This document shows positions 46,620 to 56,600 of a stretch of DNA of 64,000 nt, piece by piece. Below the pieces are notes generated by a model. The model was not told where the DNA came from. It was given only the letters and a program-made list of their open reading frames with translations, and made no database searches. The DNA is taken from contig CALVNP010000036.1 of assembly GCA_944349805.1 (NCBI GenBank), positions 28,843-92,842 of the forward strand. Direction: 5' to 3'. The DNA comes from an uncultured Clostridia bacterium (GTDB taxonomy: Bacteria > Bacillota > Clostridia > Christensenellales > UBA1242). How positions within the stretch are numbered: position 1 is the stretch's first letter; the number at the start of each line of letters is the position of its first letter. The translations under genes were made by a program, and so were the position numbers.

Positions 46620-47078
46620 TTAATAAGAACCTAAAATTATTGGAAAACCAATAATTAAATAATGATTGGATTTATTATACGAAACCTGAATATTGACTTT
46701 TAATCCATCAATATAGCAAAATAAATTTTCACCCTCAATAAATCCATAAAATGTTGTAATGTCTTCTAATTCTTGCATTTTTAAAATTTTAACATTTTCC
46801 CTTATTGAATTAAATTCATACAAATTGGATTTTTTATGTAAACTCAATCCATAAATACCATTAACATTTTTTATCGTTTCATTATACAACTTGTCGTTTG
46901 TATAGACAATATAACCTTCACCGTTTTTATCATAGTTGCCATCAAAACAAGTAGAAAGTTCACTTGCATAAATTTGAATGTCATAATTAAACCAGAATTG
47001 GAATATGTTTTTATCAACTCCAAATGAACATATTGCAATAAAAATCAACAAAATTATAAACACGATTAATTTTTTCAC
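46620..47078 (-). CDS. small secreted/anchored protein, possibly YwmB-like (DUF1779)
   Basis: 152 aa, GTG start, N-terminal hydrophobic anchor. The C-terminal 'YLIIGFPIILGSY' resembles the YwmB family end. Its position upstream of the spoIIQ-like gene matches ywmB...spoIIQ-spoIIID synteny. Weak call. Confidence 0.35.
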   Translation of the reverse strand: MKKLIVFIILLIFIAICSFGVDKNIFQFWFNYDIQIYASELSTCFDGNYDKNGEGYIVYTNDKLYNETIKNVNGIYGLSLHKKSNLYEFNSIRENVKILKMQELEDITTFYGFIEGENLFCYIDGLKVNIQVSYNKSNHYLIIGFPIILGSY

Positions 47079-47111
47079 ATAATAATAATTGACAAAATTT
47101 TTATTTTTAAA

Positions 47112-48248
47112 CTATTCAATAATTCCAACACAGGACAAAAGATTAATAAGTGTATTTTTATTATCAAATATTGGTACTACACTTATTGCATTAAAACACA
47201 CATCAATATCAGGAATTTCTGGAGATATGTTTATTATTTTTTTTATATTACTTTTAATTTTGCTTTTATAAATTTCTGCCAGATAATAACATCTATGTTT
47301 AATAACATTGATTTTTAAAAAAAATTCTTTATTCTCAATAATTTCATCAAAAAATGCAAAATTTTTTAATTTTTTATCTAAAATATTAAAATTTTTTAAT
47401 TTTTTATCTAATTTTTGAATGCTTGGTAATAATTTAGGTTCTATTTTTTTTAATGAAAACATTTCTTTAAAACAACATATAAGTAAATCAGATGCAATTA
47501 AATAATTTAAATTCAAATTTTTATTAGAATTTGAAATCTTCTTATATTTCCTTATAACGATATTTTCATCAGCAAAATTATCAGAGATTTCTAACAATTG
47601 TGAAAGCGTAAATATTGCAGAAAAATCTAATTTTAACTTTGCAATTTCAATCATAAAGTCCATAACCTCAAGTCTGCTTTCTCTTTCTCCCGATGCCAAT
47701 TTCTCTGCACAATTTTCAAGATTAATTAAAAGATATCTTAAATCTTCCATTGTTTCATCAGCCTTATATAACAATGAATAAATTTCTTTTTCGTACAAAA
47801 TTTCATTGTAAGAAAGTCCAAGCAAAAAGCCTCTTTTTGCAAGATACAATGGTGCGTTTTGTATAATTTTTTCATCTACTAAAACATAATTTGGTTCTTT
47901 ACCTTTATGTAATTCAAAATTTGATTGATCAAAACAAATATCGTTAAAGAATATAGGAGATGTTGGAGATGTTGGAATAACAATCAAATCTATATTTTTA
48001 ACTAACGCATATATTTTGGCCTCATTGCAAATTTTTCCTCCTCCAACAGAGACTACTAAATCATATTCCCCCCTTTTTTCGTTTATATTAAACGGATTTC
48101 CAGCTAAATTAATCTCATTTATAAAGATAGACATTGACTTTTCCTTGATTGCATTAGACATTAAAATTAGTATTTTTTTTGCAAAATAATTTTTCTTTAA
48201 TATTTTTGATAATTCTTGCAACGCATCTTGTTTATAAATTATTTCCAT
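47112..48248 (-). CDS. divergent glycerol-dehydrogenase / DHQS-like fold protein (function unclear)
   Basis: Start set at MEIIYK (GAGG SD). 'DLVVSVGGGKICNEAKIYA...DLIVIPTSPTS' resembles the Gly-rich nucleotide loop of Fe-ADH / G1P-dehydrogenase families. I could not find the metal-binding His residues. Confidence 0.45.
   Translation of the reverse strand: MEIIYKQDALQELSKILKKNYFAKKILILMSNAIKEKSMSIFINEINLAGNPFNINEKRGEYDLVVSVGGGKICNEAKIYALVKNIDLIVIPTSPTSPIFFNDICFDQSNFELHKGKEPNYVLVDEKIIQNAPLYLAKRGFLLGLSYNEILYEKEIYSLLYKADETMEDLRYLLINLENCAEKLASGERESRLEVMDFMIEIAKLKLDFSAIFTLSQLLEISDNFADENIVIRKYKKISNSNKNLNLNYLIASDLLICCFKEMFSLKKIEPKLLPSIQKLDKKLKNFNILDKKLKNFAFFDEIIENKEFFLKINVIKHRCYYLAEIYKSKIKSNIKKIINISPEIPDIDVCFNAISVVPIFDNKNTLINLLSCVGIIE
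47358..47417 (-). repeat. 30-nt x 2 in-frame tandem duplication within the CDS (LDKKLKNFNI / LDKKLKNFAF)
   Basis: The 24-nt perfect match at 47358-47381 repeats at 47388-47411 (period 30). Confidence 0.85.
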
Positions 48249-48391
48249 AATTACCTCAATAATGATATTATACATTACCTGTAAGTTTGTGATAATTAAT
48301 AAAATGCCATAATATTAGTTTTTTTATACTTTTTTTTAGAATTATTAAACAAATTTGTAATAATTTTATTTTTAAAACAAAAAATAACAAT

Positions 48392-49456
48392 ATGAAAAAA
48401 TTATTTGTTTTTTTATTGATTTGTTTTACAGTGATACAACCAACACATCAATATGTAAAAGCTGAAAATGACTTTTACTATACTAAAGATATTGAGCACT
48501 TATTCACCCACTGTCTTTTAGCTTACCCAGAAATTGCTTTTTCCAAAAATAATGAAATGCGAGAGCATTATAATACGGATTGCATTACTCACAACGAATT
48601 TAAATTTATTTTAGAAGAATTATATAAAAATAATTATGTATTAGTAGATATCAATGATTGTTATTCCGTTGAAAATGGAGTTGCAAAAATTTCTGCTATA
48701 AAAGTCCCCAAAAATAAAAAACCTATTATATTTTCATTTGATGACGTAAATTACGACCACAAAAAATTACATTTGGGTATGATTGACAAATTAATTTTAT
48801 CTGACAATAAAATTAAGGAATACACTTTAATAAACGGAAAAGAAAACATAACTGAAGATAGGGAGTTTGTCTGCATTTTGGAGAATTTTATTAAAAAACA
48901 TCCTGATTTTTCACTTAATGGAGCAAAAGGAACAATCAATTTGACAGGATATGATGGTATATTAGGATACAGAACACAAAAAGATAATAACATAAACAGA
49001 ACAGAAGAAATAAAAAAAGCACAAGAAGTGGTCAATTATTTAAAAAATAATGGTTGGAATTTTGCTTCTCACTCCTATGGGCATTATCATATGAAAAAAA
49101 TTTCAATCGAAAAATTTAAAAAAGAATTAGATAATTGGAAAAATGAAGTTGAAACAATTGTTGGACATACAAACATATATGTATATCCTTATGGAGAATG
49201 GGAAATAACAGACGATTTTGGAAATATCTCTCAAAAACATAAACTTTTAAAAGATTACGGATTTAAACTGTTTTGTGGAGTAGGAATGAAACAGTTTTAT
49301 AGCTATCTTCCTTTTGATAAAAATATAAAAGAAAAATCTTTGTTTATGGATAGAAAAGTTATAGATGGATTTACATTAAAAAATCGAACAAATTTTTTAA
49401 ACCCTTTGTTCGATTCTAACTTAGTATATGATTACAATTACAGAAACTTAATTTAA
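48392..49456 (+). CDS. secreted polysaccharide deacetylase (NodB-homology) family protein
   Basis: 354 aa with a signal peptide. 'IIFSFDDVNYD' (DD motif) and 'HSYGHYHM' (H-x4-H) motifs. Confidence 0.65.
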   Translation: MKKLFVFLLICFTVIQPTHQYVKAENDFYYTKDIEHLFTHCLLAYPEIAFSKNNEMREHYNTDCITHNEFKFILEELYKNNYVLVDINDCYSVENGVAKISAIKVPKNKKPIIFSFDDVNYDHKKLHLGMIDKLILSDNKIKEYTLINGKENITEDREFVCILENFIKKHPDFSLNGAKGTINLTGYDGILGYRTQKDNNINRTEEIKKAQEVVNYLKNNGWNFASHSYGHYHMKKISIEKFKKELDNWKNEVETIVGHTNIYVYPYGEWEITDDFGNISQKHKLLKDYGFKLFCGVGMKQFYSYLPFDKNIKEKSLFMDRKVIDGFTLKNRTNFLNPLFDSNLVYDYNYRNLI

Positions 49457-49810
49457 TTAAAATATATTTGTTGGAGGTGTGTTCAAAAGAACAATTAAAA
49501 CTATTAATAAAATTAAAAAAATTCCAGAAAGACCAAGTGTAATAAAAAACAACACCTTCCAAATTTTAGGATCAATATCTTTTTTGGGTTCTTTTATTAT
49601 TTTCTCATTTGGTTCTTCAACAACCTTTTCTTCATTGCTTATTTTTACATAATCATTGTTTTCAATTATTGCCTTAGTCTCTTCATTTGTTTTAATATTT
49701 TTTTCTTGATTATTGTTGGAAATGCTTTTTTTGACAGAGTTTTCCTTTGTTTTGTTTTGTTTCGATTTTACTGTAGTTTTTTTCTTTTTATCTAAGTTTT
49801 CTTTTTCCAT
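49457..49810 (-). CDS. Lys/Glu-rich tail-anchored membrane protein
   Basis: 117 aa. Low-complexity K/E/N N-terminus with a single C-terminal TM 'VLFFITLGLSGIFLILLIVLIVLL'. Confidence 0.5.
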   Translation of the reverse strand: MEKENLDKKKKTTVKSKQNKTKENSVKKSISNNNQEKNIKTNEETKAIIENNDYVKISNEEKVVEEPNEKIIKEPKKDIDPKIWKVLFFITLGLSGIFLILLIVLIVLLNTPPTNIF

Positions 49811-49845
49811 AACTATATATTATCTCATTTAATTAAAAATGTCTA
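49811..49845 (-). promoter_or_regulatory. promoter abutting the start codon (predicted leaderless)
   Basis: TAGACA (49840-49845), N17, TAATAT (49817-49822), N6, ATG (49808-49810). Confidence 0.4.
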
Positions 49846-49850
49846 CTAAT

Positions 49851-50456
49851 TTAAACATTTGCAAGCCAATTTTCAGGAACATCATTCCATATATTTAAAT
49901 AATTATAGTTTTCATTTTGATATTGCAATGTCTCAAATGTTATTATTATTTCATAAAAATTATCAGATTTGATAAAATTTTCTTGAGTTGGTAAATATAT
50001 AGATTGACAAAAATTTGTTATAACTCCTGAATCTAATATGTCATTATAGTAATAATATCCCCCGTACTCTAACCATATTTCATCTACAACTGTCAGCTTT
50101 ACATCAACTGTATTTCCGTTTTTATCACAAACATAGGATTTTGCACGGACTACTGCATTTGCACTTCCTAAAGGTAGAGAAATTTTTATAATTTGATTTA
50201 TTTTTGCTCCTGGGATATTTGAGCCATCATAACCTATGCAAGTGGAATATGCTCCTTGTGAATCCAAATTGACATTTACCGTTTCACCTAATTGGATATT
50301 ACCAACAAAAAAATTTTTTTGTTTAAAAACATCTGTAAATAAAAGAATGGACTCAACAATTAACAAAACACCCAATAATATGATTATAAAAATGAACCAT
50401 TTTGATATATTATTAAGAGTTTTATGCTTTTTAGGAAACGCTTTTATTTCTTCCAT
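49851..50456 (-). CDS. TasA/camelysin-like secreted protein with a SipW-type signal peptide
   Basis: After the N-terminal K-rich region and hydrophobic helix comes 'LFTDVFKQKNFFVGNIQLGETVNVNLD'. This parallels TasA 'AFNDIKSKDATFASGTLDLSAKEN' (F-[NT]-D-x7-F-x2-G-x-[LI]-x-L). Beta-rich body. Start uncertain (ATG 50456 or TTG 50492). Confidence 0.5.
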   Translation of the reverse strand: MEEIKAFPKKHKTLNNISKWFIFIIILLGVLLIVESILLFTDVFKQKNFFVGNIQLGETVNVNLDSQGAYSTCIGYDGSNIPGAKINQIIKISLPLGSANAVVRAKSYVCDKNGNTVDVKLTVVDEIWLEYGGYYYYNDILDSGVITNFCQSIYLPTQENFIKSDNFYEIIITFETLQYQNENYNYLNIWNDVPENWLANV

Positions 50457-50501
50457 AATAAAATTTTTAACAAAATTAAGAAAAATAAACAAAAAAATAG
50501 A

Positions 50502-51824
50502 TTAATATTTAATTAATCTACTTTTACTCTTTTTAAAATTTTTCAATTTTTGCTCTCTAAACTCTTCGCTTTCAGCTTCAAGTTCCCACTTTCTTTTTAA
50601 CCAGCTGTATTTTTTATTACCAATAAAGTAATCATACATTATAATAGACACACCTTGCAACATAAAAATATAGTAGCTCATAAATCTCCAAATAATTAAT
50701 GCCCAAAATAATGTTCCATCTTTAAAAAATTGACTAAACAGCGCTGTAAATGAAAGTTCGCTTACTCCTGTTCCTCCTGGTAATGGAATAAATCCTGCAG
50801 CAACATCAATAATAACAGCCATAATAAAAATTTCTAAATATAAATCTGGCCTCCACCCCAAAAAAGCACAGGCAATCGTAAATGGTATTGTATAAGTTGC
50901 TATATATTGCAATATTGACACAAACATTAAAATAACAAAAGTAAATTTTGATTTTGCATAATCTTGCATCGTTGTTTGGTAATCATTAACAACTTTTAAT
51001 ACTTTATTATATTGCTTATCATAATTTTTTACTATTTTAATTTTTCTTAAAAACTTTAATATTCCAACCACCAATTTTGTACCAATTTTTTTACTTACAG
51101 ATAAAAAAATTGTAATTAATGAAACAAGCATATTTAATGCATAACCAATATAAAAAGCGACAGATACAACAGTGATATCTCCTCCTAGATTTGTTGTAGT
51201 TGCAAGAATTAAAACAATTGTTGACATCAACATTATTGCAATCTGTACAAGCACATATCTTCCCATTGGAACAGAAATTGCAGAAGAAGCACTAAGACCT
51301 CTATTTTTTAAATACATTATTTGAAATGGTTGACCACCTGTTGCCATTGGCGTTATAACATCATAATGTCTACATAACCCAACAGATTTATAGCTCAAAA
51401 ACGGTCTAGAACGACCTGATGTTCTTTTTATTAAAATATTTACCCTGATTGTTTCCAATAACATACTTATTGCAAAAACAACTAATGTTAATAGCAAATA
51501 CCAAAAATTAAGCCCAGAAGTAAACAAGGTACTTATTGGCATAACCTCTTGTGCAGAAAGTTGATAAACCAAAATACCTATCACAACACCAATGTTTATT
51601 AAGAAAAAAATTAAATTTAAAATTTTCTTCTTTTTACTTTTTTGTTTGGCAACTTGTTGCTCTGCTTCATCTAATTGAGATTGATTGATTTCTTGCCTTT
51701 CTATAATTTCTTTAACTTGTTCTTCAGTTAACTGCTGTTCCTTGTTTTCAGATGGCAAAAAAACCTCCTCACTTTTATAAGGAGTTCTGATTTTTATTGG
51801 TTTTTTACCATCTCTCTTTCTCAC
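50502..51824 (-). CDS. flippase-like (lysyl-PG synthase TM region / UPF0104) membrane protein
   Basis: 440 aa, GTG start. K/E-rich cytoplasmic N-terminus, then about 8 TM helices. 'VITPMATGGQPFQIMYLKNRG' matches the family core motif. Confidence 0.7.
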   Translation of the reverse strand: MRKRDGKKPIKIRTPYKSEEVFLPSENKEQQLTEEQVKEIIERQEINQSQLDEAEQQVAKQKSKKKKILNLIFFLINIGVVIGILVYQLSAQEVMPISTLFTSGLNFWYLLLTLVVFAISMLLETIRVNILIKRTSGRSRPFLSYKSVGLCRHYDVITPMATGGQPFQIMYLKNRGLSASSAISVPMGRYVLVQIAIMLMSTIVLILATTTNLGGDITVVSVAFYIGYALNMLVSLITIFLSVSKKIGTKLVVGILKFLRKIKIVKNYDKQYNKVLKVVNDYQTTMQDYAKSKFTFVILMFVSILQYIATYTIPFTIACAFLGWRPDLYLEIFIMAVIIDVAAGFIPLPGGTGVSELSFTALFSQFFKDGTLFWALIIWRFMSYYIFMLQGVSIIMYDYFIGNKKYSWLKRKWELEAESEEFREQKLKNFKKSKSRLIKY

Positions 51825-51861
51825 TGACTTTTATAATATCAAATTAATTTATAATTGTCAA
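51825..51861 (-). promoter_or_regulatory. sigma-A promoter giving a near-leaderless transcript
   Basis: TTGACA (51856-51861), N17 ending in TGA, TATTAT (51833-51838), N8, GTG (51822-51824). Confidence 0.4.
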
Positions 51862-51881
51862 AACTTTTCTTTATTACATAA

Positions 51882-51911
51882 ATAAAAAGTCGCAAATTAT
51901 TTGCGACTTAT
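51882..51911 (-). terminator. rho-independent terminator after the PrsA-like gene
   Basis: 9-bp stem AGTCGCAAA (51888-51896) / TTTGCGACT (51900-51908), followed by a U-run on the minus strand. Confidence 0.55.
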
Positions 51912-51912
51912 C

Positions 51913-53577
51913 TTATCCTAACAAATCTTTATAATTTGATGAATGAATCACAAGGTTTTTAATGTCTTTCTTCAAAACATCAAGATTCATATTTTCAAAA
52001 ATTGAATAATTATCTGTTTCCAATTCTTCATAAATTTTATCAAACAATGTTTTATTATTGAAGTTGTTTAATAGTGTTGTTTTTATAATATTAATCGTTT
52101 CTCTTAGTTGATCTTGATTGTCAGTTTCCAAATTGAAATTATTAGGATCAGAAATAGTAAAAGGATTTGTTACAACACCAGCATAGAATATTACGTGTAC
52201 ACCATATTCTGAAACACAATAATCTATTGCCCCATACTCTCCGTTACCATTGTCCCAAAGTTTTCTTGAAGTTTCAGTAAAAGAATCAACCATTTTACTG
52301 TCGTCTTTTCCTATAACATAACAGTAATCTGCATTCATATTTCCTGTGTCTTCATTATATTTGTATATATAATCTTTGAAAATTTCTGTCTTACTTTCAT
52401 CGGAAACACCTGTCATTTCCCTTGTTAATTGATTATAAATATCAAAAGGATTATAATTCGTACTTTTTCCTGTTTGAATATTTTTAACTACAATTTTTTC
52501 TGCTTCTACTTTTAATGCATCTTTATATGCCTTAACTGATATTGTTCCATTTTTATAAGCAGTTTCATAATTTTCAATCGTTGTTGTAGAACTTTCATCA
52601 TACTTTAATAAAATGTGATTAACATAAAAGTAGTTATCGTTAATTACATAATTTACATTTGCCCTATTTTCTAGCATATCTGTATTAAATTGTGTTGTAT
52701 TTAAAGAATATTTGGTGTAACTAGCGAGCATATCATTTGTAAGTTTCCTTAAAACCTGACTAACTGAAATATTTGAAATGTCGTTATCTCCACGAATGTT
52801 ATCTTCATATATTTCTATATATTTATTTTCAACAACAGCATCATAAATTCTCTGAACTTCTCTTTCAAAAACTTCGTCTGCATTTGTAGAAAGACCTTGT
52901 CCCTTTTCAGCTGATTTCAATGCTTCTACATATTGTCTCTTTGCTTCTGTTAAAACATCTTTGTTAGATGCAGATGCAATTTTATTGTTTACACTCGTTA
53001 TTAATGATGATATTTCCTCACCGTCTTTATAATATAATTCTACATTCTGATCAACTTGCGTATTGGTATCTTTTAATCTTATTATATATTTTCCATTTTC
53101 ATAAACAATTTCAGCTTTTGGCGTGTATGGTTGATAGGAATTATCTTCTTCCTCCTCTTCAAGTGAAGATGGTATATCCAATTTCCACTCCTTAATTACA
53201 TTACTTTCATAAGAAGCTAAATTTGATATGATTGTATCATAGGCGTCCTGCCAAATATCATTAAGATCACCATTACCAAAAGTAACATTGTGTTTTGCTG
53301 CATCCAACATTACTTCCCTATTGATTAGAACATCAATGGTAGCATCTATCGCCTTTTGCACTGAACCATAGCTTTCAACCAATTGCGAGCCATACGAATT
53401 AAAAGCAGTAATTAAATCCTGCTTTGTAATGGTTATGGTTTCATCATCTGCTGTTTGAAATGTTACAATGGGTGCGTTTAAATATTTTGCTTGATTTTGT
53501 GGGAATAAATTACACCCTGTCAAAACAAAGGAAAAACATATTAAACATACGAATGCTAATGTAAAAAATCTTTTCAT
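51913..53577 (-). CDS. PrsA/SurA-like foldase lipoprotein (parvulin-type PPIase-related)
   Basis: 554 aa. Lipobox 'FVLTGC|N'. SurA-N-like helical N-terminus. 'YCVSEYGVHVIFYAG' resembles the parvulin core. Its position directly downstream of mfd is as in many Clostridia. Confidence 0.55.
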   Translation of the reverse strand: MKRFFTLAFVCLICFSFVLTGCNLFPQNQAKYLNAPIVTFQTADDETITITKQDLITAFNSYGSQLVESYGSVQKAIDATIDVLINREVMLDAAKHNVTFGNGDLNDIWQDAYDTIISNLASYESNVIKEWKLDIPSSLEEEEEDNSYQPYTPKAEIVYENGKYIIRLKDTNTQVDQNVELYYKDGEEISSLITSVNNKIASASNKDVLTEAKRQYVEALKSAEKGQGLSTNADEVFEREVQRIYDAVVENKYIEIYEDNIRGDNDISNISVSQVLRKLTNDMLASYTKYSLNTTQFNTDMLENRANVNYVINDNYFYVNHILLKYDESSTTTIENYETAYKNGTISVKAYKDALKVEAEKIVVKNIQTGKSTNYNPFDIYNQLTREMTGVSDESKTEIFKDYIYKYNEDTGNMNADYCYVIGKDDSKMVDSFTETSRKLWDNGNGEYGAIDYCVSEYGVHVIFYAGVVTNPFTISDPNNFNLETDNQDQLRETINIIKTTLLNNFNNKTLFDKIYEELETDNYSIFENMNLDVLKKDIKNLVIHSSNYKDLLG

Positions 53578-53652
53578 AATTCTCCTTGCTTTATTATTAC
53601 CAAAACATTATATCTATAAAACACAAAAAAATCAACAAATTTTATTTAAAAA

Positions 53653-56600
53653 TTATTTTTTTAGCATAGATATCAATGTTTTAACCTTATCTATTACAGA
53701 CATTTGCAAATTTATTTCAATTATTGGCACATCTTCAAATTTTAAAACTGCTCTATCTTTGTTGTTTTCAATAAGTCCAGCCAATCTCTCACTTAAAATT
53801 TCATCTTTTTTATAAAGGTATAGCCTGCATATATAATTGTTTATAAATATTCTTTTCACATCTTCCTGTTGAGCTAAATTTTTCAACAATGCTATATAAA
53901 TTATGTTGCTAACTTCTTGTGGTAAATCACCATAACTATCTTTAAGTTCTTGGACAATTTCTTCCAAACCCTTCTCGTCACTAATTTCGCTTATTTCTCC
54001 ATATCTTTTAATCCTTTCAGTTTCACTTGCTATGTATTCTTCTGGAATATAGGCACTCAACGAAATGTCCACCTTTATTTCTTTTCTTTCCTTTACTTTT
54101 TCTCCTTTAAGTTCCTTTACAGCATCTTGAAGGAGCTTACAATACATATCATATCCAACTTTTTCCAAATGACCGTGTTGTTCTTTTCCCAGCACATTTC
54201 CAGCCCCTCGTATCTCCAAATCTCGCATAGCAATTTTAAATCCACTTCCTAAATCAGTAAACTCCATAATCGCTTCCAATCTCTTGTAAGCTTGCTCTGT
54301 TAATACTTTATTTCCGTCAAAAGTAAAATAAGCATAAGCAAGCCTATCACTACGCCCAATCCTTCCCCGTAATTGATACAACTGAGAAAGTCCAAGTTTG
54401 TCTGAATCTATAACTATTAAAGTGTTGGCAAGTGGCAAATCCACCCCATTTTCTATAAGAGTTGTTGCAATTAAAATTTGGAAGTCCCCGTTATATAGTT
54501 TTAATATAGTATCTTCAAGTAAGTTTTGTGGCAATTGTCCGTGTGCAACACCAATCTTTACATTTGGTAAAAGTTCTTTTATTTTATTAGCAAAATCATA
54601 AATTGTGTCAACCCTATTGTAAACAATTAAAACTTGTCCACCCCTTGACAATTCTTTTTTACAAGCATCAACAATAAGTTCATCAGACTCTTCAACAACA
54701 AATGTTTTTATAGGTAATCTTTGTTTTGGTGGAGTTTCTATAATGCTAATATCTCTTATTCCAGATAATGACATATGCAAGGTTCTAGGAATTGGTGTTG
54801 CACTTAATGTTAAAACATCAATATCTTTTTTAAGAGCTTTAATTTTTTCTTTATCACCAACACCAAATCTTTGTTCCTCGTCCAATACCAAAAGTCCTAA
54901 ATTTTTAAAAACAATATCTTTTCCCAAAAGTTTATGCGTTCCAATGACTAAATCTACTTCACCAGAAGCAATGGATTTTTTTATTTCTTTTACTTGATTT
55001 TCTTGTACAAGCCTATTTAATTTGGCAATTTTTACCATAAAACCATCAAATCTGGATTTTGCAGTGGCAAAATGTTGTTCAGATAAGATTGTTGTTGGAC
55101 ATAAAAAAGCAACCTGTTTTCCATTTATAATTGCTTTATATATTGCTCTAAGCGCTACTTCCGTTTTCCCAAATCCCACATCGCCACAAACAAGCCTATC
55201 CATAACTTTACCTTTTTCCATATCAGAAATAACATCGTTAATAGCATTTATTTGGTCTTCTGTTTCTTCAAATTGAAAAGCTTGCTCAAACATATCGTAA
55301 AGATATCCACCTTCTGTATACTTAAACCCCTTTTGCTTTTCTCGTTCTGAATATAATTGCAACAAATTAATTGCAAGTTCTTTAACATTCTTGTAAACTT
55401 TTTGTTTAATTCTTTCAAATTCTGCCCCACCAAGTTTATTTAATTTAGGGGCATTATCACTCCCCATAAAAGCAGAAATATTCCCTGCCTGTTCACTAGG
55501 TAAATAAAACTTATCTCCACCAGCATATTCAATGACGAAATAATCTTTTTCAACATCTGCAAGTTTCATTCTTGTCAAGGCAACACATTTACCAACTCCG
55601 TGAAGTTCGTGTACAACATAATCACCAACTTTAGGAGAATAAAAAACTTTATGTTTTTTATCTTTTTTTACAGTACTCTTCTTGTATAAATCATCTGTAC
55701 CAATAATAATTGAATCCAAACTCAGAAAAAATGCTGAATATGGCAAATAATCTGAAAATATTTTCACACCTGAATCTAAATAGTTTGCATTGACAGTTGT
55801 TATAGAATTTTGAAGTAAAAACTTTTCTAAATTATTTTTATTTTTTTCATTACCACAAAATAAACTTATCTTATAACCACCTTTAAGGTAGATATTGATA
55901 TCTTTTATAAGTTCCCTAAAGTCAAACAAATATTTTTTTGAACTACCAACTTTAAAACTGATAACTTGTTCAGGTTTAAAAAATGTTGTCTGAGAAATGA
56001 TATTGCTAAATATTATTTGAGAATTATTTTTACTTAAAAAAATTTTGTTAAAGTCTACAAACAAATCTTTTTCTTCTAAGATTGTATTCTTAAAAATTTC
56101 TGCTTCATCAATGATTTTTTTTGGCTCAGAAAAAAATATATTTGAATTAAAATTTAAAATATTGTTTTGTGTTAAATTTTTTAAAACTGCCGGGTAAATG
56201 TCAATCGCATCAAACTCTTCTATGAGTGAAAAATCTTCCGAACTAACCTTTTGAATCTTCTCAATTTCATCACCAAAGAAAATAATTCTAGTATAATCAT
56301 CTACCTTGATGTCCCAGATATCAATTATGTCCCCCTTTACAGAAAATTGCCCTTTTTTTGTTGGTTGGTCCACTCTTGAATATCCACTTTCAATTAAACT
56401 TTCAATAAGATTGTTAAATGATGTACTAGAATCAACCTTGATTATACTTTTTATTATATCATCTTCATTTGGCATTTTTTCAAATAATACTTCTGGCAAT
56501 AGAATTAAATGTGTGGTTTTATTTGTAATAAAATCACAAACCGATGCAATAGTATCATAAAAAATGGTATTATCTTTAATTCCAAACGAATTTGAATAGG

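Noticed and set aside
49454-49459. Zero-gap convergent stop codons (TAA 49454-49456 on plus, TAA 49457-49459 on minus) with no terminator between the deacetylase gene and the K/E-rich protein gene
   Set aside because: This is a real but trivial arrangement in a compact genome, and no additional structure was seen.
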